Origin: a virus
Taxonomy: Duplodnaviria > Caudoviricetes
Length of the DNA stretch: 55,210 nt
Direction: 5' to 3' (one strand)
Virus record (IMG/VR): IMGVR_UViG_3300049053_000107
Location: 1 to 55,210 of that record
Part shown: positions 1 through 8,892 of the stretch, piece by piece
Layout: every line of letters starts with the position of its first letter
How positions within the stretch are numbered: the first letter of the stretch is position 1
Notes under the pieces: model-generated
The model's input: only the letters and a program-made list of their open reading frames with translations
The model's database searches: none
What the model was told of the DNA's origin: nothing
Made by a program: the position numbers and the translations under genes

Positions 1-2100
1 CTATTCGAATATTATCGGCTTCTCAGAAATTTCAACGCTTGTTCCGGTTGTTTGCTGAATAGTACCCCCGTCTGTTATGGTGTAAATCTTTACGGTTCTG
101 CCGGGATTGTAGATTGAGGTTTTGCCTATTTCTGAGGGATACCAGGCAACATATTTCTTTGCGGTTCCTAAAGAGTATTCGGCAAGATAAAAAGGCAATT
201 CATGCACCCATTTAGTAAATGAAAAATCCCCCATTATTTCGGCTGCTTTTTGAAGGAAAATGGTTTTTAGCCTTGGATTGAAACTACCGTCAACTAAACC
301 GGATGTACAATAAGGCGCACCACTCCAATTAACGTCCTGCATCATATACCAGCAAACCGTTCTTAGGCCTGTAGCCGCATATTCAAAAGCAGTTCTTAAT
401 TCAAGTATGGCAACAGTCTGGTCAATTGTTTTACCAGGGAGCGGTGCTGGTGTTCCTAAAGATTGCGGATGTATATCGTAACCTGTTTCTGTTTGCCATA
501 TTTCTACCTGTGGGCAAAAGTTTTGCCTTAAATATTCCATCCCGTTTTGAAGTCTTCTTAACTCTGCTTTTTCGGGGGAGACAGCTTTGCTATCCCATAT
601 AACCGGGTAAGGTGGTATAGTTGCGTTATTCTGATAACAGTGATAGTTTATAGCATCGAAGGGAACGTTTATGGACCCATCCGCATTTCTTCCCCTTAAT
701 TGTTCTGCAGCATACAACAGCCCTCGCATATAATAGTAATCTGCGCCGGCAGTTCCGGCCATCACTACTTTCATGGTAGGATCTGCTTTCTTTACAGCAT
801 CATAAACCACGGATAGATTAACTATGTATTGGTAGGCTGTTTGGTAACGGTCGTCTTCCCAATATGCATTGGTTTCGTTATTGTGTTCAATGTAAGTAAG
901 AAGATTTAATCCCGTTTTTTTATCAGGGGTTTTGAGTAGTGCAACATCTACTTTGTTTCGTCCGTACCTGGCTGCGATCTGAAAATAAGTTTCTGCATCT
1001 GCGGTATAGCTTTCTGGTAAGTTAGGATTGCTTGTAGGTGTATTGGTTGGCCTTAATTCCCCTCTCCTTTTTTCTTGCGGCCAAAGTTGCTGTTGCCATA
1101 GTGGAAGTTCTTTAGCATCAAATAAAACTTCTACTCCGGCACCTTTTAAAGCTGTAAGAGCTTTGTCGTAATCCCATCCGCCGGCTGATGTAGGCGCAAA
1201 CTCCCATCTTCCTTGTGCTACTTCAATTCTTTCCTTTTGCACGTATAAGCGGAAGACCCGAAATGCCTTACTGATTATATTCAGCTTTTTAGGATCAACT
1301 TCTGAGTTCACCCATTGGCCATTGATGTTAGGGCCTAGTATATCCCAAATATGACCATTGGCCCCAAGTAAGTTTTTAAAAGGTGTAGTCTTGGGTTGCT
1401 TTAGTTCAGGCAGTTTATACGCACTGTCATAAGTTCCATACGCTTCCAGTTCATTGGGTATTTTATAATTCTTTACCAGCAACCTTATGAAACGAACATT
1501 TGCGTTAATATCGAGCTTAGTCCATTGGCCGTGTGCCTGGCCGTAATATTTGTACAGGTCTATAAATTCAAAAGGCTTTTCCAATGTAGAATAAGAAATG
1601 ATTGTTGCGTTCGCTTCTATATCATCGCCCATTTTATCATAAAACCGGATATAAGAAACTTTTGCTTTTTGATCTTTCGGGAATTCGTATAATATCGGAT
1701 AAGGATAAGCTGTTTTATTTTTACCCCAGCCATCAATTACTGTTTCTTCAATATTGCCATCGATCAATCCATTCAGCCTGTCGTCACCGTTTATATGTTC
1801 CCATAGTTGGAGCGGATACAAAGGAATTTTACCGGTTACAATTACAGGATCAGTAACCGATATCGGTGTCGGTTCAGGCTGCACAACAACTGCAGTAGTT
1901 AATAATCCCGCACCGAATAATATTCTTTTAAATCTTTTTCCATTAGTACTCACAATGCAATTCATGCCATCATCCGGAGTTGTTTTGTCTGCTGCATCGT
2001 ATTTGAAAAACCCCTCTTTGCCCGGGTCGGAAAGAAAATATCTTGTAGTAGTTACAGGTGAAGTAAGTGCTTTTAGTTTAGCTATTGTGGTTGTTGTCAT
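1..2100 (-). CDS. Glycoside hydrolase (GH-A clan TIM barrel) with tailspike-like N-terminal domain and a discoidin/CBM-like domain
   Basis: NNETN acid/base and WQTETGY nucleophile motifs; N-terminal GFFKYDAADKTTPDDG...GKRFKR resembles tailspike N-terminal segments. Confidence 0.65.
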   Translation of the reverse strand: MTTTTIAKLKALTSPVTTTRYFLSDPGKEGFFKYDAADKTTPDDGMNCIVSTNGKRFKRILFGAGLLTTAVVVQPEPTPISVTDPVIVTGKIPLYPLQLWEHINGDDRLNGLIDGNIEETVIDGWGKNKTAYPYPILYEFPKDQKAKVSYIRFYDKMGDDIEANATIISYSTLEKPFEFIDLYKYYGQAHGQWTKLDINANVRFIRLLVKNYKIPNELEAYGTYDSAYKLPELKQPKTTPFKNLLGANGHIWDILGPNINGQWVNSEVDPKKLNIISKAFRVFRLYVQKERIEVAQGRWEFAPTSAGGWDYDKALTALKGAGVEVLFDAKELPLWQQQLWPQEKRRGELRPTNTPTSNPNLPESYTADAETYFQIAARYGRNKVDVALLKTPDKKTGLNLLTYIEHNNETNAYWEDDRYQTAYQYIVNLSVVYDAVKKADPTMKVVMAGTAGADYYYMRGLLYAAEQLRGRNADGSINVPFDAINYHCYQNNATIPPYPVIWDSKAVSPEKAELRRLQNGMEYLRQNFCPQVEIWQTETGYDIHPQSLGTPAPLPGKTIDQTVAILELRTAFEYAATGLRTVCWYMMQDVNWSGAPYCTSGLVDGSFNPRLKTIFLQKAAEIMGDFSFTKWVHELPFYLAEYSLGTAKKYVAWYPSEIGKTSIYNPGRTVKIYTITDGGTIQQTTGTSVEISEKPIIFE

Positions 2101-2107
2101 AGATTAG

Positions 2108-2620
2108 TTATTTAGCAGCCTCGAAATGCATCCAATCGTTATCGCGTTCAATGCCGTATGAAAGAAAGTTGTGTGCATAAAAAACATCAATCATTAATTT
2201 GTAGTCAGGTCTTGCGAACCTTGCCGTCTTATGTGTTTCTTTTAGAAGATTTCTTGAGGGGTCAAGATCGATAGCTATAGCCCATGAATGAGTTGATAAA
2301 TACGTATCAGCTAAATCGTAATTCTTTTTTGCTATTGCATTATTATATTTTGTCTCCAAACCTCTTTTTGGCCTATGATTAAAGCAACCACCATAAAGAT
2401 CAATACCCAATTCTTTAAGCCTATCGTAGCCATAAGAACACAAAAGAGCTTCGAATATCTTTTTAAAATCTTCAGCTACTAATTCATGGCATGTTAATTT
2501 GCTTATTGTCTTTTTTAAATCCCAGGCAATCCGCATTTTGTAAGGCAGATCAATTGCAACAAGGTTTTTTACATCACCAGGTTCTCCGTACTTTTTTAAT
2601 ATTTGAGTTGTGTTTAGCAT
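2108..2620 (-). CDS. Endolysin, peptidase M15 family
   Basis: [12 protein letters not shown] and DWMHFE zinc-binding motifs; GGCFNHR; end of lysis cassette. Confidence 0.85.
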   Translation of the reverse strand: MLNTTQILKKYGEPGDVKNLVAIDLPYKMRIAWDLKKTISKLTCHELVAEDFKKIFEALLCSYGYDRLKELGIDLYGGCFNHRPKRGLETKYNNAIAKKNYDLADTYLSTHSWAIAIDLDPSRNLLKETHKTARFARPDYKLMIDVFYAHNFLSYGIERDNDWMHFEAAK

Positions 2621-2632
2621 ATTCCTTTGTAT

Positions 2633-2875
2633 TTATCTGGTATCCTTTCCATAAGGTGCAGTGTTTTTAAACTTCTGATCCCTGAACTCAGGGTTTTTTA
2701 ATTTAAATTCAAGTGTTACATAAGCCAATACCTTTATCAACGCATCAAAGCCAATCCTTGCATTTCGCTTACTCTCATAAGTTTTTTGAGAGCTTACTAA
2801 TTGCTTTCCATTGTCTGCAGTAACAGTGAAATACCATTTACCATTTTTCGTTTTTTTGTATTGTACGCTGTTCAT
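2633..2875 (-). CDS. YegP/DUF1508-like protein
   Basis: KNGKWYFTVTADNGKQLVSSQKTYESKRNA matches the YegP pattern. Confidence 0.75.
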   Translation of the reverse strand: MNSVQYKKTKNGKWYFTVTADNGKQLVSSQKTYESKRNARIGFDALIKVLAYVTLEFKLKNPEFRDQKFKNTAPYGKDTR

Positions 2876-3231
2876 ACAAAGAAGTTTAGAACTACAATGA
2901 TTATAAAATAGATTGCCTTTGGAGTTAAGCCGTCTATTCCGAAAACTTTATTCTCTACTTTATCTGCTATGCTTTTTGGATTTTTTGGAACATAGTTAAT
3001 CGGTAAGCCTCTCATTAAGTTCAGCATCATATCAAAAAACAACCTTGCTATAAACGGAAGTGTAGCTACTAAAATCCAGTTCTTTGTTATCAGGTACACA
3101 GCAATCCAGCAAGCGATATGCACAAGCCCGTTTAGGGCATGATATACCCGTTTATCCGCTATGATAACACGGTAATTGACGTATGCTAAAGCAGTACAGA
3201 TAAACAGGTATATTAATTCGAAGAGCCTCAT
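2872..3231 (-). CDS. Multi-pass membrane protein (lysis region)
   Basis: Several hydrophobic segments; overlapping start/stop with neighbours. Confidence 0.6.
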   Translation of the reverse strand: MRLFELIYLFICTALAYVNYRVIIADKRVYHALNGLVHIACWIAVYLITKNWILVATLPFIARLFFDMMLNLMRGLPINYVPKNPKSIADKVENKVFGIDGLTPKAIYFIIIVVLNFFV

Positions 3232-3557
3232 TTGTCTATACCGAAATAATCAAAGTTGAATCCGCATGCTGCACAGATACCCAAAGCCAATAGTATAGCA
3301 AAGCCAAGTATGTAGATAGCCTTACCGGATTCGTTTTTGATTGCCAGATAAAGTGCGCCATAAGACGCAGCTATTAACAGGAATCCCAAAAGGTTCATGA
3401 AGAAACTTGCCCTGCGTGCGAAGTCATGCAGATCGGTATCGAACACAAATAAGAGAAGTAGAATAATGGTGTACACAAATGCACTTCCATAGATCCACTT
3501 TGTTTTGTTTTTTTCATCTGCGGCTCCCATAGAGCCTTTACGAAATTCTGTTGCCAT
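3228..3557 (-). CDS. 3-TM membrane protein (holin/antiholin candidate)
   Basis: Three hydrophobic segments; operon position. Confidence 0.55.
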   Translation of the reverse strand: MATEFRKGSMGAADEKNKTKWIYGSAFVYTIILLLLFVFDTDLHDFARRASFFMNLLGFLLIAASYGALYLAIKNESGKAIYILGFAILLALGICAACGFNFDYFGIDK

Positions 3558-3562
3558 AAATT

Positions 3563-3949
3563 TTATTTAATTATTAATAGATACGCCAGCCCACCACTTA
3601 CAATAATTCCTGAAATGGTTGCCAGCATTGTTTTACGTTTTTGTTTTTTAATAGCTCTTGTCAAATCGTTCACTTGCATCTGATACGTAGATATTCTTAA
3701 ATCGAGAGTGCTTACATGGTTAGTGAGGTTTGAAATTGATGTACGTTGAGAGCTTACGATGTTTTTCAGGTCAATTACTTCCTCTTTTGTTACTTCATGC
3801 TCCATGCTATCAGCCTTCAGGTTTTCAAGTCTTGTAAGCACCCTTATTGCATCTGATCTTTTTAAAACAACGGTATCAGTTTGACTGAAAGCCCTTGCGT
3901 ATATCGTCGTTATTAAAATCAGGAGAATTAATTTTTTGAACATTCTCAT
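3563..3949 (-). CDS. Spanin-like protein: signal peptide, coiled coil, C-terminal TM
   Basis: AFS|Q cleavage site, heptad region, KKQKRK then hydrophobic C-terminus; overlaps the upstream Rz-like gene. Confidence 0.5.
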   Translation of the reverse strand: MRMFKKLILLILITTIYARAFSQTDTVVLKRSDAIRVLTRLENLKADSMEHEVTKEEVIDLKNIVSSQRTSISNLTNHVSTLDLRISTYQMQVNDLTRAIKKQKRKTMLATISGIIVSGGLAYLLIIK

Positions 3950-4247
3950 CTCTTTTTTGTTGAATAACTATAACCCTGTCCTTTCTATCTGCACTTTTTT
4001 TATCGTAATCTTTAGTCAGGCTATCAATTACAAAAGCGTCTCTTTTTATTTGTTCCTTTTGTTGGTTGCTTAACTCATTCATTTGCTTTTGCAAATCATT
4101 ATAATTGCGGTTACTCTGCTTTATTTCTCTTATACTCCAACCTGCAAAAACAAGTATCAATGCAAAAACCACAACGATCACTATTACCAATCGCTTAATA
4201 GTAACATATCCTTTCGCCCATGCAGGTATTTTACTTGTTGCTGGCAT
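3876..4247 (-). CDS. Inner-membrane spanin (Rz-like) candidate
   Basis: Single N-terminal TM followed by a coiled coil, in the lysis cassette. Confidence 0.55.
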   Translation of the reverse strand: MPATSKIPAWAKGYVTIKRLVIVIVVVFALILVFAGWSIREIKQSNRNYNDLQKQMNELSNQQKEQIKRDAFVIDSLTKDYDKKSADRKDRVIVIQQKRDENVQKINSPDFNNDDIRKGFQSN

Positions 4248-4653
4248 CTTCCCTGATTTGTTCCAACACTTCTTTATTTTTCTTCGTTAATGGTATATCA
4301 TCTGCAACGTTTGTTTTTGCATCGATAATATTTCTCAACCTTTTGTCTGCTACTGAAAAAGCTAGCATAAATATTGAACTGCCAGATATGCCAACAAAGA
4401 AGAATAACCACTTGACGAGTTTTGCAACACTTGGCTTCAATCCTATTAATTCGTCTAATCCGACAATTAACATACATACGCAGATGAAGTTTCCAAGGAT
4501 AACCGGCCACTCATCCTGTATGAATTGGGCAAATGAAAAGGGCATATTTGCAGCTTTAGCCTTTCTTTTAAGGCTTATAACTTTTATTACAAATACATGG
4601 AACAATATCCCAAGTATGCCCGGTGTCAGAATATGGTTTAATACATTTTGCAT
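4231..4653 (-). CDS. Holin candidate
   Basis: Three TM segments and a highly charged C-terminus. Confidence 0.55.
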   Translation of the reverse strand: MQNVLNHILTPGILGILFHVFVIKVISLKRKAKAANMPFSFAQFIQDEWPVILGNFICVCMLIVGLDELIGLKPSVAKLVKWLFFFVGISGSSIFMLAFSVADKRLRNIIDAKTNVADDIPLTKKNKEVLEQIREDASNK

Positions 4654-4681
4654 ATAGTGTGTTTTTTATTTTTTAAATATT

Positions 4682-5086
4682 TTAAGTCGGTCTTCTTCCA
4701 TCCCTCTTTAACCTTGAAACTTCAATTCTCAATTGCTCTACCTCTGAAGTACAAGTCCTGTTATTTTCTTGTTCCTTGTTTAACAATGCTTCCAATGATG
4801 CCAATTGAGTGCGAAGGCCAATGATTATTTTTTGAGCCTCCTCCAATTGTTTTTTTGTCTGTTCGCATTCTTCGTCCAAATGTTTTATAATTAAATCCTG
4901 TCGTTCAAAAACATCTAGTTTGCCCCTTAGTGTTATTTCTTTAGCCTCAGCTTTCATTTTTTCTGCCTTGGCTAAATCTTCTGGTCTATGTCTTACCCAG
5001 CGTATTATTTCACGGACAATAGCCCACAATCCAGCGCCAATTACACCACTGCCAATAATTTTCAAAAGGGCTACCCAATTTTCCAT
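4682..5086 (-). CDS. N-terminal TM plus coiled-coil protein (holin-associated)
   Basis: IIGSGVIGAGLWAIV TM followed by long heptad repeats. Confidence 0.55.
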   Translation of the reverse strand: MENWVALLKIIGSGVIGAGLWAIVREIIRWVRHRPEDLAKAEKMKAEAKEITLRGKLDVFERQDLIIKHLDEECEQTKKQLEEAQKIIIGLRTQLASLEALLNKEQENNRTCTSEVEQLRIEVSRLKRDGRRPT

Positions 5087-5481
5087 TATCTGTTATTGCG
5101 GACATTTATTTTGTTTTCATGTTCTTTTACATTATCCAACCGCTCCTTTGTTTCTTGTATGTCTCTATCAATGGTGTCAAGAGTTTTTATCCTCTTCAAT
5201 TCTCTTATAGCTATTGGGATCAGAGCAACACACAACAAACCAGTTGCACCGGCTAAATTTTTAATAATCCCATCCCATAAGTATAGAGAAGGAAACCAAT
5301 CTTCAAACACACCAAAGGCCCTGCTAATTCCACTTAGTAGAAAACAAGCGCTATATAAATAAGCTATCCTTCTGCGATACGGAAGATCCCCATGCTTGGA
5401 ATAAATAAGACCAACGCAACCCATTATTATAAAACTGATCGCCATTAAAACGCCTCCTGATATGTTTAAAAAGTCAGACAT
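5086..5481 (-). CDS. 3-TM protein resembling an ethylene-receptor N-terminal membrane domain
   Basis: DLPY..IAYLYSACFLLSGISR..W.P.LY..DGIIK aligns by eye to the bacterial ethylene-binding-domain pattern. Confidence 0.5.
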   Translation of the reverse strand: MSDFLNISGGVLMAISFIIMGCVGLIYSKHGDLPYRRRIAYLYSACFLLSGISRAFGVFEDWFPSLYLWDGIIKNLAGATGLLCVALIPIAIRELKRIKTLDTIDRDIQETKERLDNVKEHENKINVRNNR

Positions 5482-5485
5482 GTCA

Positions 5486-6367
5486 TTACCAGTATTTTAC
5501 TCCTTTCACGGTTAACCGTTTCTTTATTATCAAGTTCTCAGGATTAATAAAGTTGTAAGGTGCTACACCACTGCCCAATACTTTTACAGGTGCACTAGCA
5601 TAGCATTTTGTAAGAAAATAAAAAGGCATCCTTGCCGAATAGCTTCCACTACCACCAATAGAATAAACAGAGGATTCAAAAAGCACGTTATCAAATTTTA
5701 TAAAACTTCCATCATTAGGGGAGTAGTCGAAATAAGCAAAGCCGTCTAAACTTTGCCCTGTGCTTTTTAATCTTGTATTTGTAACCGTAATTTTACCGCT
5801 TCCTGTTTCTAATCCGAAATAGTTAACTCCGTATAAAAAAGAATTTTGAATATCTACAGTAGCGCCATAAACAGCAACCGCACTATTAAGAGTAGAAGTA
5901 ATGTTTCCTTTGACCCTTACAGTGTTTAAAAAATCGGTGTAAGAAGAAGCCATAATACCATAGCCACCCGATTTAATAGTTCCTTCAAAATTTAAATTGC
6001 AGTAAGGCCCGTTTAATCTTATGCCTTCCTGATCTGCCTCAATAGATACGTTTCTACAAGTGATGTTTCCTACAGCTTCTATGCCCCTTCCGTTCGGATC
6101 GGTAGAAAATATTTTAATATTTTCCAGTGTCAAATCTGATGAAGGATAAAAAGCAATACCGCCTCCTTTTACTATAATTATTCCGTTCTTTATTGTGCCT
6201 CCTTTAGTAATAGCCACTTCACCAAAAGGAACATTGTAGCTAATTGTATCGCCTCCTAAATCCCATACGTCCGTAGTAATACTAGACAGCACTTCCTCTA
6301 TTTGCGGTTTTTCTATTTCCTTAGTGCAGGAAAGTAGAATTATTAATATTGGTATGTACTTTTTCAT
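5486..6367 (-). CDS. Lipoprotein with predicted right-handed beta-helix (pectin-lyase-like) body
   Basis: MKKYIPILIILLS-C lipobox; repeated GI/xIxN beta-helix-like rungs. Confidence 0.6.
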   Translation of the reverse strand: MKKYIPILIILLSCTKEIEKPQIEEVLSSITTDVWDLGGDTISYNVPFGEVAITKGGTIKNGIIIVKGGGIAFYPSSDLTLENIKIFSTDPNGRGIEAVGNITCRNVSIEADQEGIRLNGPYCNLNFEGTIKSGGYGIMASSYTDFLNTVRVKGNITSTLNSAVAVYGATVDIQNSFLYGVNYFGLETGSGKITVTNTRLKSTGQSLDGFAYFDYSPNDGSFIKFDNVLFESSVYSIGGSGSYSARMPFYFLTKCYASAPVKVLGSGVAPYNFINPENLIIKKRLTVKGVKYW

Positions 6368-6369
6368 AA

Positions 6370-7527
6370 TTATTGCGCAAGCCTGTACCTTAATACAGAA
6401 CCTATTTTTACTGTGCTTGTTCCTGATGTGATTTTTAAATGTTGTAATGAAATATTTGCTGTTCCGCTACCCCTCGTCAACACGTAGCCCTTGAAGGTTA
6501 CAATACCGCTAGAAGAAGACGTGGTTAAAAATGTACCTACTGCTGTTCCAGATACCGCTTGCGTGACAGATGTTGCGGCATTAGTTGTGGTAGTACCTGA
6601 TACCAACATAAATACTTCCGAAGCTCCACCCGAACCGCCTGCTGTAATAGCATACTGCGTACCCGTAGAAACGTTTGAAGTGGTTACATATAAAACGACT
6701 TCTACTTCGTAAAGGGTTGCGTTTGTAAGCGTACCAGAAACCAGACCTGTAACATCTACTAAAACTTGTCCGGTAGTAGTTGCATTCGATCCGCTTACTC
6801 TTAAAGCTGTCCAGCCGCCTGTATTAGTAGATACTGTTTGTTTTAAAGCAAGTGCATCGAATACCGCATTTTGAGAAGGTGCTATAGCTGTAGTGCCATC
6901 GTTTATTGCGTCTGCTACTTTTGCGTCTATTGTTGTTTGCAGGCTCGTTCCTCCAACCGTTGGCATATTTGTGCTTTCTATATCAGTAGCCCAAACTTTC
7001 GTGGCTCTTGCGCCTGTAGCACCAATCGAACCGGGGGTTAATAAATCCGACCCGCCTAAAGTAAGATTACCTGTTACGTTTCCAGAGCCGTTAAAATTCT
7101 GGCCCCAAATAGTACGAGTAGTTGTTAGTGTTGCTGCGCTACCTGTGGTATTTTGATTGAATGTTGGAAATGTATTTGTGCCGCTTGATAAATCTTTATT
7201 TGTGAGTACTAATGTATTAGTAGTATTTGCCCACTTAGTAACATCAATAGAAATTAAATTGCTTGCTAAATCAAAGTCTGCTGCATCAAAAGAATTGAAT
7301 CGTAAATCGACTCCTGATTTTGTAGAGTAGTTTGCAAGACCACCGCCTAAGTTAGATGCTGTATTTGTTTCTCCTGAACCTCCTGCACCTGTAGGCCAAT
7401 AACTTAACTTATATAAGCGGCCTAAATAAAAAACAGCCGGTTTATAAGTAGTAGTATCTAATACAACCGTCTGAGAAAAACAGGTTATAGATGCTAAAGT
7501 GAGTAGTAAGAAAAATATTTTTTTCAT
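6370..7527 (-). CDS. Tail-fibre-like protein with Sec signal peptide
   Basis: MKKIFFLLLTLASITCFS|Q; fibre-type motifs SAATLTTTRTIWGQNFNGSGNV and APSQNAVFDAL. Confidence 0.6.
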   Translation of the reverse strand: MKKIFFLLLTLASITCFSQTVVLDTTTYKPAVFYLGRLYKLSYWPTGAGGSGETNTASNLGGGLANYSTKSGVDLRFNSFDAADFDLASNLISIDVTKWANTTNTLVLTNKDLSSGTNTFPTFNQNTTGSAATLTTTRTIWGQNFNGSGNVTGNLTLGGSDLLTPGSIGATGARATKVWATDIESTNMPTVGGTSLQTTIDAKVADAINDGTTAIAPSQNAVFDALALKQTVSTNTGGWTALRVSGSNATTTGQVLVDVTGLVSGTLTNATLYEVEVVLYVTTSNVSTGTQYAITAGGSGGASEVFMLVSGTTTTNAATSVTQAVSGTAVGTFLTTSSSSGIVTFKGYVLTRGSGTANISLQHLKITSGTSTVKIGSVLRYRLAQ

Positions 7528-7540
7528 CTTATTTTAGAGT

Positions 7541-7762
7541 ATGTTTTTAAAGCTGATTCGTTCCATAATTAATCTTTTTAAACCCCTCAAAGACCTTCCT
7601 ATTACTTGCCCTCGATGCAACTCCGTTTTGAAAGAAGGAAAGATGGATGAACCTATCTATTGCGAACATTGCAACGTGACCTTTTTCCCTACCTACGATT
7701 TCAATATTCATAATGATTCAATTACTATTAATCTTTCAAAATCCAAATACGGCAAGCATTAA
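7541..7762 (+). CDS. Small zinc-ribbon protein (antisense moron)
   Basis: CPRC...CEHC; fills the gap between two minus-strand genes. Confidence 0.45.
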   Translation: MFLKLIRSIINLFKPLKDLPITCPRCNSVLKEGKMDEPIYCEHCNVTFFPTYDFNIHNDSITINLSKSKYGKH

Positions 7763-8892
7763 AAAACCTCATCCCACGATTGCCAAATATTTCTATGCCC
7801 TGTATCATTGGGATGAATGTCGTCGTCGTCCATATTCACCCCTACCGTAAGCGTTCCCCTGTATAAATTCTGATCCACTTTCCTCACATCATATCCCAAT
7901 GCAATAAATTCATCAGCAACAGCAAAAATTGAATCTCTTGCAACGTTGATAATTGTATTATTAAGAGTAATGCCCCCACTGGCTAATACATCATAACGGG
8001 CTTGCATCATATAACAAGGAGAACCAACAGCGATAACGGGCGAGGCTCCAGGACTTTTTACTGTGTAAAATCCATCGAAGTGAAACCTTGCATTAACATC
8101 AGAAAAACTCCTACATCTTAATTCGATTGTATGCGAGCCTGATGATAAACCCCTGTAAGTTCTTACGCCAGGCATATCAGAGCCGCCACCTGTATAGGCT
8201 GCACCCTCTACTAACCCCGTAGTAACAACACTCTCTATTGAATCGCCATCAATCCAAACCTGTATATGTGGTGAACCGGTATAAATGCTTGCATTGTGCA
8301 TGAACATAAATCCTATGTTCGTGCCTGTGAAATCATAAGTAATAGTAGCATTTCCAAATGTTACCAGCATCTCACCATCCTCCACATATTGACTGCGTGG
8401 CTTAGTAAAAACGTCACCTGAAATTGGAACTACTGATGTAGCTCCTGTAATATCAATTGCATCATCATTAGCGGGAGTAAAAGAAGAAATAAAAGAACTT
8501 GTAATAGCGTGTCTGTAACACTCCTGAATCTTATAATAGTTTTTAGTAGTTGCTCCTGTTATCTGTAAATCATTCAATCCTGCCGCTAGCAATACCACGT
8601 CATTATTATCAACCGGCATTACTTCATTAATCTTCTTTGATTGATACTCTACACCGCTACCGTTTATCCCGTAGTTTGTAATTTCTACATCCTGAGAAGC
8701 AGCAAGCCTATCCACCCAGGCAGAATCGTTCACAGTTGTTACGAAACGGGCAACTATGCTATTCCCATAGACTACCCAATCAGATGATAGAGGCGGAGTT
8801 GTGATATGCGTTTTGATTGCAGGGAACAGGCTTACTTGCCCCTTCGTACAGCTTGAAAAAAATATAAGTAGTATGAATATTAATACTCTCAC
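7759..8892 (-). CDS. SGNH/GDSL hydrolase lipoprotein
   Basis: Lipobox FSS-C; blocks YGNS, NYGING, GLND and DDIHPNDTGH. Confidence 0.75.
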   Translation of the reverse strand: MRVLIFILLIFFSSCTKGQVSLFPAIKTHITTPPLSSDWVVYGNSIVARFVTTVNDSAWVDRLAASQDVEITNYGINGSGVEYQSKKINEVMPVDNNDVVLLAAGLNDLQITGATTKNYYKIQECYRHAITSSFISSFTPANDDAIDITGATSVVPISGDVFTKPRSQYVEDGEMLVTFGNATITYDFTGTNIGFMFMHNASIYTGSPHIQVWIDGDSIESVVTTGLVEGAAYTGGGSDMPGVRTYRGLSSGSHTIELRCRSFSDVNARFHFDGFYTVKSPGASPVIAVGSPCYMMQARYDVLASGGITLNNTIINVARDSIFAVADEFIALGYDVRKVDQNLYRGTLTVGVNMDDDDIHPNDTGHRNIWQSWDEVF

